A stretch of DNA of 64,000 nucleotides from NCBI GenBank assembly GCA_020848835.1, contig JADLHJ010000011.1:10862-74861 (forward strand). The letters are read 5' to 3'. Position 1 is the first letter of the stretch; every line of letters begins with the position of its first letter. Shown here one piece after another: positions 1 through 9,590 of the stretch. A program made the translations under genes and the position numbers. The notes beneath the pieces were generated by a model. That model saw only the letters and a program-made list of their open reading frames with translations. It had not been told where the DNA came from and searched no databases. Source of the DNA: Candidatus Hydrogenedentota bacterium (lineage in GTDB: Bacteria > Hydrogenedentota > Hydrogenedentia > Hydrogenedentales > SLHB01).

Positions 1-264
1 ACGCTCGGCAAAACGGGCATTCGTGTCAATGTAATTAGCCCGGGCTGGATCGATGTTTCCGCGTGGAGAAAATCTTCCATGCGCAATCAGGCCAAGCTCA
101 GTGAAAAAGATCATGCCCAACACCCGGCGGGACGGGTCGGCATACCAGAAGATATCGCCGAGCTTTGCCTCTACCTCGCCGATAGCAATAAGGCGGGGTT
201 TATCACGGGACAGAATTTTGTCGTGGACGGCGGCATGACCAGAAAAATGATCTACGAAGAATGA
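1..264 (+). CDS. short-chain dehydrogenase/reductase (SDR), C-terminal fragment; start lies upstream of window
   Basis: In-frame translation from base 1 reads ...[14 protein letters not shown]...[17 protein letters not shown]...[10 protein letters not shown], a typical SDR C-terminus. Stop TGA at 262-264. Confidence 0.6.
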   Translation, partial: TLGKTGIRVNVISPGWIDVSAWRKSSMRNQAKLSEKDHAQHPAGRVGIPEDIAELCLYLADSNKAGFITGQNFVVDGGMTRKMIYEE

Positions 265-276
265 CGGTATAAAGGG

Positions 277-303
277 GCACGGGCGTCCCGCCCGTGATTG
301 ACC
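277..303. repeat. dispersed hairpin repeat family A, copy 1 (GCACGGGCGTCCCGCCCGTGATTGACC)
   Basis: Perfect 8-bp stem CACGGGCG/CGCCCGTG with a 3-nt loop. An identical 27-mer recurs at 38010..38036. Confidence 0.6.
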
Positions 304-402
304 AGCCACTCGGAATCACCCCACGAGCGCACCAACGCAAAATCCGTGTTCACATGGCAACTGCCTGTACCGATCTCCACGGCGCACCTACTCCATCCGA
401 AT

Positions 403-448
403 GCATAACGAAAATCGCCCGCCCGGCGTTGGTGTAACCGGGCGGGCG
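403..448 (-). terminator. rho-independent terminator for the LTD-protein gene
   Basis: 11-bp perfect stem CGCCCGCCCGG/CCGGGCGGGCG at 416-448. On the minus strand it is followed by ATTTTCGTTATG (T-rich), just after the stop at 471. Confidence 0.5.
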
Positions 449-470
449 AAAATACAAAGTTGGATCAGTG

Positions 471-1247
471 CTATTTCTTAAACGTCGGCACGGAAACAAC
501 ACCAACGCTGGGAAGCGGCGCGTTGTTCTCGTTGCCCGGTGATGCCTCAATGCCACCAAAAGAAACGTCGTTAATTTCGCTGGCCGCAAGCGTGTATGGC
601 CCGGGGCTTGTGCCCACTACGTCGCCTGCAATCCACGTCGAAGGATTATTCGGATCCCGCACGATATAGTCAGGCGTGAAAGACGGCGACGCGAATATGG
701 GCAATACAACGCCGCCCAAATCGTCCCCGTGCGGGAAATCGCCGCCACCGCTGTCCTGAATGGTGATCGCATCCAAAACCGCGGTCCACGGGAGGGTCAG
801 ATCGAAGGTTCCGTCGTTGTTTGTGTCAAAGTCCTGGTTGACCGCGCCGGTGAAATTCGTGACCAGTGCAAACGTAGACGTATTGTTTTCGAGGTCGGGA
901 TTGAAGTTGTTGATCAGGATGGTCGTGGCAGCATCGGGCGAGGGGGAGAGGGCGGTCGCGGCGTCACGAATAAGCAGTAGACCGTTCGTACCTACGGTAC
1001 CCGCGCTGGTCAAATTGACGGCATTGAGAACTTGGCCATTCGTCGTGCCGTTACTGTCTATCTCAAGAAACCAGACGTTGGCAACGCTCTCGCTCGCACT
1101 GCCTTTAATCTCAACAAACTCAAAACCGTTGTCTCCACCGCCCGGCGCATTCGTCAGCAATTCGTTAATCTGCAACGCCGCCCAGGCCGGTTCGGCGCAG
1201 GCCAGCACGGTAAGCATGCACAATCCAAGCCGCACACAATTACGCAT
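471..1247 (-). CDS. secreted lamin-tail-domain (LTD) protein
   Basis: Signal peptide MRNCVRLGLCMLTVLACAEPAWA. LTD hallmark QINELLTNAPGGGDNGFEFVEIKG. Gly/Asn/Thr-rich remainder. Confidence 0.6.
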   Translation of the reverse strand: MRNCVRLGLCMLTVLACAEPAWAALQINELLTNAPGGGDNGFEFVEIKGSASESVANVWFLEIDSNGTTNGQVLNAVNLTSAGTVGTNGLLLIRDAATALSPSPDAATTILINNFNPDLENNTSTFALVTNFTGAVNQDFDTNNDGTFDLTLPWTAVLDAITIQDSGGGDFPHGDDLGGVVLPIFASPSFTPDYIVRDPNNPSTWIAGDVVGTSPGPYTLAASEINDVSFGGIEASPGNENNAPLPSVGVVSVPTFKK

Positions 1248-1471
1248 TGTTTCTCTCCCAGAGTTGTCCCGAACAAATGACAGGAATGAATACCCTTAGC
1301 CCCACAGCCAAGAAGCGGAACGCACACTAAGCAGCAATTGTTACACAGCAATTACTTATTTATTAGTGTTTGGCTTGGCTTATGTTAGAAACTGCGGAAA
1401 ACCGGTGCAAAGTTCATCACGCCGCACCATACTTGCGCAAGCGCTGCCGCGCGGTATACCTTTGCCGCATC

Positions 1472-2443
1472 ATGAGCAGTACTCCCTTCGGTCTACTTCA
1501 ATTCAGCGAACAATACTTTGAAAGAATCTGGGGTGGACAGCGCCTCAATACCCTTTTTCAAAAACCCATCCCTGGCGATAAACCGATCGGCGAGGCTTGG
1601 TTGATTTCCGATCATCCCTCTGCGGTGAGCGTCGTACGGAAAGGTCCACACGCTGGGCGCACGCTGCATGATTTAATCGAAGAGGACGCGGATGCCTTAA
1701 TCGGGTCACGTTCCAAGCTCACCCCGCATGGGCGCTTTCCTCTCTTGCTGAAGTTGTTGGATTCCACCGACGTCCTTTCTGTTCAGGTCCATCCAGACGA
1801 CGATACTGCCGCCGCGCTGGGAGAGCCGGATGTCGGCAAAACGGAGATGTGGCACATCCTCCACGCCGACCCCGGCGCGGAATTGTTTTGCGGACTCGAA
1901 CCAGGGACCACATCGGTCGCAATGAAATCCGCCATCGAGCACGGCGCCTTGGAGCAGCACTTAACCCGGTTCAAAGTGGTCCCGGGAGATTCCGTGTTCG
2001 TAGCCGCGGGCACAGTCCACGCAATCGGCGCGGGTATTGTCCTAGCGGAGATACAGCAAAACAGTGACCTCACGTACCGACTGTACGATTGGAACCGGGT
2101 TGACACATCGGGCAAAGCCCGAGAACTCCATATCGAAAAGGGCCTGCGCGCAACCAGATTCGATTGCCAGCCTGTGTTAAAAGGAGAAGACAGGCCAAAG
2201 CAAGGACTGATCGAATTGGCCGCGTCCAAGTATTTCGAAGCGCACCGCTTCGAAGAACAGGCACCGCGCCAGTTTTCCACGAATGGCCGCTTCATAATAG
2301 TTCTGGCAGTTGGGAAACACGCAACTGTATCGATTGAAACAGAACAAGTCCGCCTTCAATGCGGCGAGTGCTGCCTAATTCCGGCATGTATTTCAGCATT
2401 TACATTGGACAGCAATGGCCCATCGCTAATCTACGCCGCGTGA
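1472..2443 (+). CDS. manA: mannose-6-phosphate isomerase, class I (cupin type)
   Basis: Motifs QVHPDDD, KTEMWHIL, GTVHAIGAGIVLAEIQQNSDLTYRLYDWNR are typical of type I PMI. The ATG at 1472 gives MSSTPFGLLQF...; the ORF-track start at 1370 is probably an N-terminal over-extension. Confidence 0.7.
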   Translation: MSSTPFGLLQFSEQYFERIWGGQRLNTLFQKPIPGDKPIGEAWLISDHPSAVSVVRKGPHAGRTLHDLIEEDADALIGSRSKLTPHGRFPLLLKLLDSTDVLSVQVHPDDDTAAALGEPDVGKTEMWHILHADPGAELFCGLEPGTTSVAMKSAIEHGALEQHLTRFKVVPGDSVFVAAGTVHAIGAGIVLAEIQQNSDLTYRLYDWNRVDTSGKARELHIEKGLRATRFDCQPVLKGEDRPKQGLIELAASKYFEAHRFEEQAPRQFSTNGRFIIVLAVGKHATVSIETEQVRLQCGECCLIPACISAFTLDSNGPSLIYAA

Positions 2444-2455
2444 CCACCACCTTGC

Positions 2456-3319
2456 TTACTGGATCTTGTTGATTCCCGGTGGGGGCACAAAACCCGGCGC
2501 ACTACCGCCGATGATAGCGTCCATTCTCATTTGCACCGCAGGCGTCATTTCCGGATGGGTGAGAATGTAGAACTGCTTCGCAACGATTGCGCTCACGACG
2601 TGGTTCGCGATTACATCGGGAGATAGACCCGCCTTGACAACTTGCCTCGTGTATTCCTGCAGCATTTTAGCCGTCGGACCCAGTTCCTCGGTTGGATTTG
2701 CGGCTCCTGCAGGACGGTTCCGCCCGGAGTCCACAATCTTTGTGTTTACCCAAGCAGGGCACAATACCGAAACGCCAACCTTGGTTTGCATAAGTTGCAT
2801 CTCATGGTACAGCGCTTCCGATAACGCGACGACTGCATGCTTGGTCGTGCAATAAATTCCCATGCCCGGTCCCACGATCAGGCCCGCGATCGAAGCGGTA
2901 TTGACGAAATGGCATTCCTCGCCCTGCCGCAAGAGGATTGGTAGAAACGCCTGAACGCCGTTAATGACGCCGAAAAGGTTTACGCCTACCACCCACTGCC
3001 AATCGTGAATCGTCGCTTCGGCCAAAAACCCCGCCGTAGCGACGCCTGCGTTGTTACAGACGATATGTACCTTGCCAAAGCGATCGACTGCACGGTTCGC
3101 GAGATCTTGCACATCGTCAAACCTCGCCACGTCAGTGCGCACGGCAAGCACTTCCGCACCCGTCGCAGCCAGTTCGTTCGCGGCGCTTTGAAGTGCGGCG
3201 TCTTCTACATCCGCAAGCACAAGCTTCGCTCCCTCTGCCGCGAAACGTTTCGCCATCGCCAAGCCAATCCCGCTGGCACCGCCCGTGATGACGGCGATTT
3301 TTCCCTGAATCGATTCCAT
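2456..3319 (-). CDS. SDR family NAD(P)-dependent oxidoreductase
   Basis: N-terminal GKIAVITGGASGIGLA Rossmann motif. NNAG motif. Catalytic YxxxK (YCTTK). Confidence 0.8.
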   Translation of the reverse strand: MESIQGKIAVITGGASGIGLAMAKRFAAEGAKLVLADVEDAALQSAANELAATGAEVLAVRTDVARFDDVQDLANRAVDRFGKVHIVCNNAGVATAGFLAEATIHDWQWVVGVNLFGVINGVQAFLPILLRQGEECHFVNTASIAGLIVGPGMGIYCTTKHAVVALSEALYHEMQLMQTKVGVSVLCPAWVNTKIVDSGRNRPAGAANPTEELGPTAKMLQEYTRQVVKAGLSPDVIANHVVSAIVAKQFYILTHPEMTPAVQMRMDAIIGGSAPGFVPPPGINKIQ

Positions 3320-3429
3320 GCGTTTTTCACCCTCTGAGTAGAGCCGGATTGGAATTCGGCCCGCATTGCTTTCAAAGTTATCCCGGAATAGATATTCGAT
3401 CGCTCAAACAAGCCGGATTCCGACTCGCC

Positions 3430-4908
3430 CTACTTGACCTGTCCGCCTTGTCGCACGCCGGCGATCCCATCGGGATCGAGATGCCCGATAATCGGACAGT
3501 TTCGACACGAAGGATTCGGTTCGCACCAGTCCTGATAAATCTGCAACAGCCCTTGTTGCAGCCGGAAGTCTACTTTCTTTGGTGGCGCATCGCCAAACAC
3601 CCTGGGCAGCATCCGCGCGACAACATGATTCTCGCTCTCTTTCGGCATCTGCGCGAAGAACTCGAGCGCCACTTCCTCTAATCCACGGTCCCGCTCGCGC
3701 CGCGCGATCGCCAGCGCCGCAGGCAGGAACACATTGCCGATGATCGAATGCATGCGCGCCGCGCCAAGCGTAGCGATAGGCTTCGCGAGTCGCTTTCCCG
3801 TCCACGTGCAATGCTCCGCCCAAAATCCCATCGCCTGCGGAAACAATTCCTCAAACGCCGCGCAACGCGCTTTCACATTCGCATTCGAGCGCCATACCAG
3901 CTCCAGCGCCTTCCACAAACCCTCGCGTGACGTGCGCGCGAGAAACCTCGCCGCACCGCTCAACCGCCGCTCGGGATAATTGTTCGGCCGCACGCCCACG
4001 CGCTTCCACGTCAACGGCAGCGAACGCAGGCCGGATAAATGATCGCGGCGTAGCGCGCGCATCCGTGCAAAGTGGGGGACTGCCGTCGTGCCTTCCGGCA
4101 AGGTGTCCGGCAACAACCCCGACAATTGGAAGAACGCTGCCTCGACAAGAAATGCATCCACCTTCGCAAGCTGCACCACGCGCTCGTAGGGCAACTGCTG
4201 CGCCATCGCGCGGAAATGGTGTTTGTACCTGCTGTAGCCGCACGCTGCCATGAATGCCTCGTACAACCCTTGGTCGATACCCACACGCTCCATGCGCTCG
4301 CGGATGGCGCGGGCCTTGTTCAGCATTCGCCACTCGCCCGCGAGCATGGTGAAGTCGCGGATGCGCGCCACACCCTGCGCCTGCGCAATAGCGGCGCAGT
4401 AGCCGCGGCCCAGCGTCGCATCCACCTCGCCATTGCCTGGCTCTGCGAGATCGGGCAGGTTGTAAACGGACTCATCCACGTAGTTGCCGAGGAGCAGGCA
4501 CGGGATGGGGCGGCCTACTGAGGTGAGTGGCAGTGTTGCTGGTGGTTTTGGTTCGAGCACAACGACCAGCAGGACGTTGTCGTAACGCGGATCGAGATGA
4601 TGCCCATGCGCGCGCCACGCGGCATGATCCAGATGAACCTCGATGTCGCCCGTGCGTACCGTATCGCCAAATGCAATCTGCGCGCCTCGAAAGTCGGGCC
4701 CTTCGGAGTGATTCCACCATCCCGGTGACACCACGCGCACGCGCTGCCCTTCTGTCGTCAGCAGTGCATCTGTCTTGAAAAGCTGGTCGTACCAAACCGC
4801 CTGGATGATGTGCTCGGACACCGCGCGCTTACCCTCGCGCGCAACCGTCATCACGCGCGCATACGCATCGCGAAACGCACCCACCGTATCGGTATTAGCC
4901 ACAGCCAT
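3430..4908 (-). CDS. DUF2851 family protein
   Basis: Conserved DUF2851-like stretch WYDQLFKTDALLTTEGQRVRVVSPGWWNHSEGPDF. Start uncertain: the ORF extends to 5340 but its first ~100 aa are Arg/His-rich junk. Internal ATGs at 4908, 4995 and 5022 are candidates. Confidence 0.6.
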   Translation of the reverse strand: MAVANTDTVGAFRDAYARVMTVAREGKRAVSEHIIQAVWYDQLFKTDALLTTEGQRVRVVSPGWWNHSEGPDFRGAQIAFGDTVRTGDIEVHLDHAAWRAHGHHLDPRYDNVLLVVVLEPKPPATLPLTSVGRPIPCLLLGNYVDESVYNLPDLAEPGNGEVDATLGRGYCAAIAQAQGVARIRDFTMLAGEWRMLNKARAIRERMERVGIDQGLYEAFMAACGYSRYKHHFRAMAQQLPYERVVQLAKVDAFLVEAAFFQLSGLLPDTLPEGTTAVPHFARMRALRRDHLSGLRSLPLTWKRVGVRPNNYPERRLSGAARFLARTSREGLWKALELVWRSNANVKARCAAFEELFPQAMGFWAEHCTWTGKRLAKPIATLGAARMHSIIGNVFLPAALAIARRERDRGLEEVALEFFAQMPKESENHVVARMLPRVFGDAPPKKVDFRLQQGLLQIYQDWCEPNPSCRNCPIIGHLDPDGIAGVRQGGQVK

Positions 4909-5073
4909 TGGAATCGCCGCCACCTCGCGACGATGATAGCACCCCGGTGCATTCGCGAGATAGGGCAAGGGACCGATACCAAAACCTATGCCCATTGCGT
5001 ATAGTAAAAATCTGCAAGGCATACGGCGGGTAGTCCGCTGAGCCATTACGACCTGGGGAAAGGATATGGCGCA

Positions 5074-5253
5074 ATGAAGGGGTTTCAGAAGAGTTGGGCC
5101 ATGTGGGCGCTTGTGGTGCTCGTTGCGATAACGCTGTTCGGTCCGAGCATGGTCGCGCATGCGGCCGCGGCTGAACCATCGCAGGCGCTCCTGGAAGTTA
5201 TTCGGAATGCATTTGGCGATTGTGGGCGCGTGATGAGCGGAGAGATTCACTAG
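5074..5253 (+). CDS. possible small secreted/membrane protein (59 aa), not in ORF track
   Basis: Translation from ATG at 5074 gives MKGFQKSWAMWALVVLVAITLFGPSMVAHAAAAEPSQALLEVIRNAFGDCGRVMSGEIH*. AGGA lies 9 nt upstream. It has a signal-peptide-like hydrophobic core and sits in an otherwise unassigned ~390-nt gap. Confidence 0.25.
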   Translation: MKGFQKSWAMWALVVLVAITLFGPSMVAHAAAAEPSQALLEVIRNAFGDCGRVMSGEIH

Positions 5254-5409
5254 TCTCGATGGGCCATATTTGCCGTTGCTGGAGGGCCGTGGAAACCGGG
5301 GCGTGCCGGTCAACCTTCGGCCCTCGGTTTTCTTCACCACGCGAGTACCCCGTTGACCGCCAAGTCTATTCAGACTCCTCTGCAGGGGTTCCGGAAAGGG
5401 GCGCGAGGA

Positions 5410-6411
5410 TTATTGATCTCCGAGCAGTCTTCTGAATTTTTGAATACGGTGGGTCTTATCCTCATCGGCGACATCAGAAAGATATAGATTGCCCTTGGAG
5501 TCTACTGCCGTGCCGTGGGCCCAGGCGGTCATGCCAGGTTTCCAGTTGCCATCGGCACAGAGCGGAAACGACCACTGCTCCAGTGCGCGGCCGGTGGCGT
5601 CGAAGTGCATGACGATTTGATCGTGCGGTGGATTGCCGAGGTTGCCGCGTTGGGTCCAGCGCGCGGGGGTGGAGCCGCTCACGACGATTTCGTCGTTCGG
5701 CAAAATCACGATGCCCCAGGGATTGATCAGGTTGCGCCATTGCGCGAGTGACTTGCCGGACTGGTCGAAGACCTGAATGCGGCAGTTGTTGCGCTCGCAT
5801 ACGTAGAGCAGGCCCTTTGTATCCATCGCGATCGCGTGTGGCTGGCTGAGGTCGCCCGCGCCGACGCCGAGTTGTCCCCAGCTCTTGATGAACTTCCCGT
5901 GTTTGTCGTAGTGAACGATGCGATTGTTGCCGTAGCCGTCGGTCACAAAAACATCGCCGTTCGGCGCGATTGCCATATCGGTGGGCATGTTCAGGTGCGT
6001 TTCATCGCGGCCGGGTACGTCCGGCGTGCCGAGCGTCAAGAGCAGTTCGCCCTTCTCCGTGAACTTGCGGACCATGTGGCGACCATAGTCGGCACACCAG
6101 ATGTTTCCATCAGGATCAATGCGCAAGAAGTGCGGGTTCTTGAAAATGCCAGTGCCCCACGCGAACAAAAAGTCACCGCTTTCGGCATCATAAACCTGCA
6201 CGGCAGGATTGCCCGTGTGAAAGACCCACACGCGATCCTGCTTATCGACCGCGACGCCGGTGACAACATACCAGTTGAATTCCGCCGGCTTTTTCGGCCA
6301 ATCGGGAACGAGTTCGTAACCATTCGCCAGGTTTATTTTTGGATATGCAGCGATAGCTGCTGTCGCAAACGTTATGGTTGCCAGTAGAGCAGCGAATAGG
6401 AAGCGCTTCAA
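5410..6411 (-). CDS. NHL-repeat / six-bladed beta-propeller protein (PAL-like), secreted
   Basis: Repeated NHL-like blades (GNIWCADYGRHMVRKF, GDVFVTDGYGNNRIVHYD, GLLYVCERNNCRIQVFD). Signal peptide LKRFLFAALLATITFATAAIA. The ORF-track start at 6438 is TTG and reads through repeat element B; the TTG at 6411 is the more likely start. Confidence 0.7.
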   Translation of the reverse strand: MKRFLFAALLATITFATAAIAAYPKINLANGYELVPDWPKKPAEFNWYVVTGVAVDKQDRVWVFHTGNPAVQVYDAESGDFLFAWGTGIFKNPHFLRIDPDGNIWCADYGRHMVRKFTEKGELLLTLGTPDVPGRDETHLNMPTDMAIAPNGDVFVTDGYGNNRIVHYDKHGKFIKSWGQLGVGAGDLSQPHAIAMDTKGLLYVCERNNCRIQVFDQSGKSLAQWRNLINPWGIVILPNDEIVVSGSTPARWTQRGNLGNPPHDQIVMHFDATGRALEQWSFPLCADGNWKPGMTAWAHGTAVDSKGNLYLSDVADEDKTHRIQKFRRLLGDQ

Positions 6412-6414
6412 TAC

Positions 6415-6445
6415 ACATCCCCCTGAATCCCCCTTCAAAGGAGGA
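6415..6445. repeat. dispersed repeat family B, copy 1 (ACATCCCCCTGAATCCCCCTT-N-AAGGAGGA)
   Basis: A 21-nt identical core plus an imperfect C5TT/AAG5 hairpin. Second copy at 43625..43655. Both copies lie immediately 5' of a minus-strand gene. Confidence 0.55.
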
Positions 6446-6490
6446 CCGTTAGAACCGAAAATTTTCGTTAACCTAAGACTTGCTAGAGCT

Positions 6491-7723
6491 TCACTTCGTC
6501 TTGTCGATTGCGGCGCTAGCGTTCATTTGAAAAATCTCCGCCAGCTTGGGCAGCACTTCAAAGGGCGGCTCCACCTTATTTTCGCGGCGCGTGAAGAAAT
6601 TGAACATGGCGATGCCGTCGGCATTCTCGGTCTTCAACTGCTTCGCAATTTCCACATAGGTATTCGCATCGTGCTCAACTTCAATCGATGCGTACAGCGG
6701 GATTGTTGCCGGAATCGCATCGCGAAACGGTTTTAGCTTCAACGGAAAATTATTGTGCAGGTAATGAGAGACTACGAGAAAATCAACGAGGCCTTCATTT
6801 GCCCACGAGATTGGATCGAGCCCTATCGCACGATTCTGCTCCGGTGACGTGAGTATTCGCGCAGAAAGCAGAATAGGCCGGCCGCGCTTCTCCCCTACTT
6901 CACGCGTCATCGCGCGCACATCACGCAACCACGCCGTCATCGTCGCGATGTTCTTCTCGCCTTCTTTCTGCGGGAAGTAGATTGGGAAACGCTGGAAGTC
7001 GAGGTCCAGCCCGTCCATCTGCGGGTAACGCTCGTAGCATTCCCGAAGTTCCGCAAGACGCAGCGCGCGTACTTCCGGCACAGCAAAGTTCATCGCGGCG
7101 GGAAACCATGAACCGACGATCGGATGCGTGCGCGGTCCGATGATCTCGGTGAAGATTGGTTCGAGCGGATCGCCAAGTTTCCCAACGCGCCACTCGGGAT
7201 GCTTACGCCAAAACTGCGAGACAATAAGGCTGGTCTCGCCATTCTCCACATCGTGGATTTCGTTCAGACGCCACGTAACGAAAGCTTCCATGCCTTTCGC
7301 TTTTGCGCGGTCCAACACCAGGCCGATTGGATCGTGTCCCGCGTCGATCAATGCGCGCAGATTCACGATGGCCCGCTCGCTGGTCATCGCCTGTTCGTTG
7401 CCCGTCTTATAGACCTGTCTCAACTCATCAGGCGCGACAAAGTCGCCGATCATCTCCGTGACTTTGCCGCGATACATCAGCGGCATGCCGTAGTTCGGAC
7501 AGACGAAGTAACTGGTAACACCTTTGCCCGCCACTTCATCGACATACTTGTAGACGTCCTCGGGCGACATCGGCGGCGCTTTGTCAATGAAGATGTTTCC
7601 GCCGTCGCTGTTGTAGATGAAGCGGAATTGACGCTGCTGCTCAGCCGATGTGGTGTGTGGCAACGCGCAGGCAATCAGCGAGAGCGCGCATGTCCAAAAC
7701 CAATTTCGTTGCGCCGTGTTCAT
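6491..7723 (-). CDS. secreted hypothetical protein (possible TIM-barrel glycoside-hydrolase-like fold)
   Basis: Signal peptide MNTAQRNWFWTCALSLIACALPHTTSA. 410-aa ORF with good codon usage. Function not recognisable from sequence alone. Confidence 0.5.
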   Translation of the reverse strand: MNTAQRNWFWTCALSLIACALPHTTSAEQQRQFRFIYNSDGGNIFIDKAPPMSPEDVYKYVDEVAGKGVTSYFVCPNYGMPLMYRGKVTEMIGDFVAPDELRQVYKTGNEQAMTSERAIVNLRALIDAGHDPIGLVLDRAKAKGMEAFVTWRLNEIHDVENGETSLIVSQFWRKHPEWRVGKLGDPLEPIFTEIIGPRTHPIVGSWFPAAMNFAVPEVRALRLAELRECYERYPQMDGLDLDFQRFPIYFPQKEGEKNIATMTAWLRDVRAMTREVGEKRGRPILLSARILTSPEQNRAIGLDPISWANEGLVDFLVVSHYLHNNFPLKLKPFRDAIPATIPLYASIEVEHDANTYVEIAKQLKTENADGIAMFNFFTRRENKVEPPFEVLPKLAEIFQMNASAAIDKTK

Positions 7724-7730
7724 TTCTATT

Positions 7731-8438
7731 TTACGCGCTCGCGGCAGGTTCCGCCGCTATCACGCGATAGCTCAATCCGGCAAGCGCAGCGCCGAGTATT
7801 GGGCAGACCCAGAACATCCACAGTTGTTGCAGCGCCCAACCGCCTTCGAAGATCGCGGTGGCGGTGCTGCGCGCGGGGTTGAGCGAGGTGTTGGTGACGG
7901 GGATGGTCACGAGGAGAATGAGCACGAGCCCGAGACTAATCGCGATAGGTGCGAAGCCCGCTGGGGCGCGTTTGTCGGTTGCGCCGAGGATGATGGCCAT
8001 GAACATAAAACCCGTGAATACTTCGGAAACGAAACCCGCGACCATCGAGTAGCCGCCGGGCGAGTGTGCGCCGTAGCCGTTGGAGGCGAAGCCTGCGGCG
8101 GCGGAGAAGCCGGCCTTACCGCTCGCGATAAAATAGAGGATTGCCGCGCCTGCGATTGCACCCAGCAGTTGCGCGACGATATACGGCAATAACCGCGCCG
8201 ATGAGAATCGCCCGCCAAGCATCAGCCCAATCGACACCGCCGGATTAAGGTGGCAACCGGAGACGTGGCCAATTGCGTAGGCCATTGTCAATACCGCGAA
8301 TCCAAACGCGAAAGAAACGCCCAACAATCCGATGCCGTTCGCGGGGGACGACAACGCCATCACGGCCGCGCCACAACCGCAAAATACCAACCACGCCGTA
8401 CCGATGAATTCAGCCGCCAGACAATTGCCCAGTTTCAT
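7731..8438 (-). CDS. aqpZ: aquaporin Z (MIP family water channel)
   Basis: Both NPA boxes present (HLNPAVSIG and SLNPARS) and six TM segments. Length 235 aa. Confidence 0.85.
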   Translation of the reverse strand: MKLGNCLAAEFIGTAWLVFCGCGAAVMALSSPANGIGLLGVSFAFGFAVLTMAYAIGHVSGCHLNPAVSIGLMLGGRFSSARLLPYIVAQLLGAIAGAAILYFIASGKAGFSAAAGFASNGYGAHSPGGYSMVAGFVSEVFTGFMFMAIILGATDKRAPAGFAPIAISLGLVLILLVTIPVTNTSLNPARSTATAIFEGGWALQQLWMFWVCPILGAALAGLSYRVIAAEPAASA

Positions 8439-8634
8439 TGCCGCCGCCTTTCGTTAGCGCGCAGGACGCGCGCGACCCAGGACCCACTTGCACCCTTACA
8501 GAAACCTCAACCGATTTAATGATACCGCACCTAGCAAAATTGTGGTGCGGGCATCTTCGCTAATGCATGCAGTCGAGATGGCCACTCCAAGATGGCAATC
8601 GCACAACACGCTATTCGGAGGGCCGGCACGAATT

Positions 8635-9405
8635 TTACAGTTGTTTCAACTCAACTTTTCTAACAAATACTTCCGCACCTTCTGACTGAATCTGAATTCG
8701 GCCCTTTGCCGGCTTCACATCAATCGCTTCGTTCACAATCACACCGTTGAGTTCGACTTTCAACGTGTTGCCTTTCGCGATCACATGAACCACATTCCAC
8801 TCGCCGTGCGGTTTTTCGACGTCCTGCTTGCCGCGGAAGTTAATTGTGTCCGTCCATGCAGGGTCGCGTCCCCACCAGTCGATGCGGCCTTTGTTGATCG
8901 TGTGCGGTTTGCCGCCTTCTTTGTAAACGTGTGGCGTACCATCCTTCACCTCTGCCGTCGGGCAGGTAATCTCGAACGTCTTTGAACCGTCGCCTACCGC
9001 CAGCAAATCTCCCGTGCCACCTTCGATCATTTGCACTTCGATCCCGTGCATCCACACGCCGCTATATGCGCCGTCTTCTCCGATCGAGTGGATGAGAATG
9101 CCGCTATCGCGTGCGGCCTTCTCACGATCGCCCCAGGTCTTGTCGCCCCATTTGAACTCTAGGGTCAACTCGTAGTTACCAAATTCCTCTTTCGAGGTTA
9201 TACATCCCCACTCTTCGCCGGATATGCGGATCATGCCGTCAGTAACGGTGAAGACTTTCTTGGGGTCAACATCTTTTCCGCGATCGCGCAGGAAAGTGTA
9301 AAAGTGGGAGAGGTCTTTGCCATTGAACAAATGAATGGGCTCGGCAGCTTGCGCACAGCAAACCGATGCGAACATCACAGAGATAGCGAAAGTAAAACGG
9401 ATCAT
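8635..9405 (-). CDS. secreted DUF1080 (3-keto-disaccharide hydrolase-like) protein
   Basis: LFNGKDLSHF...NYELTLEFKW...NSGILIHS profile of DUF1080. Start ATG at 9405 is preceded by AAGGAG with 9-nt spacing. Signal peptide MIRFTFAISVMFASVCCAQA. Confidence 0.7.
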   Translation of the reverse strand: MIRFTFAISVMFASVCCAQAAEPIHLFNGKDLSHFYTFLRDRGKDVDPKKVFTVTDGMIRISGEEWGCITSKEEFGNYELTLEFKWGDKTWGDREKAARDSGILIHSIGEDGAYSGVWMHGIEVQMIEGGTGDLLAVGDGSKTFEITCPTAEVKDGTPHVYKEGGKPHTINKGRIDWWGRDPAWTDTINFRGKQDVEKPHGEWNVVHVIAKGNTLKVELNGVIVNEAIDVKPAKGRIQIQSEGAEVFVRKVELKQL

Positions 9406-9590
9406 ATGATTGTGCTCCTTAGACATCTGGGACATGATGAGTCTAACGGCGGCGGGTTTGGACTTCCACATCGTCACCTCTTTGTATCACCCACAAAAGT
9501 GCCGCAACCGCCCGCCGAGGTGGAAGTTGCGGAATATGCGGACTCTTATTACAATCGACTGTTGGCGGGGTCTAGCTGCCGCAAGGGAGA

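Noticed and set aside
1370-1471. ORF-track start of the mannose-6-phosphate isomerase gene at 1370
   Set aside because: The extra 34 codons (MAWLMLETAENRCKVHHAAPYLRKRCRAVYLCRI) are Cys/Arg-rich and unlike PMI N-termini. The ATG at 1472 gives a conventional start.
4909-5340. N-terminal 144 aa of the 636-aa DUF2851 ORF
   Set aside because: The composition (R/H/P-rich, no conserved DUF2851 residues) looks like translated non-coding sequence. Internal ATGs give a protein of the expected length.
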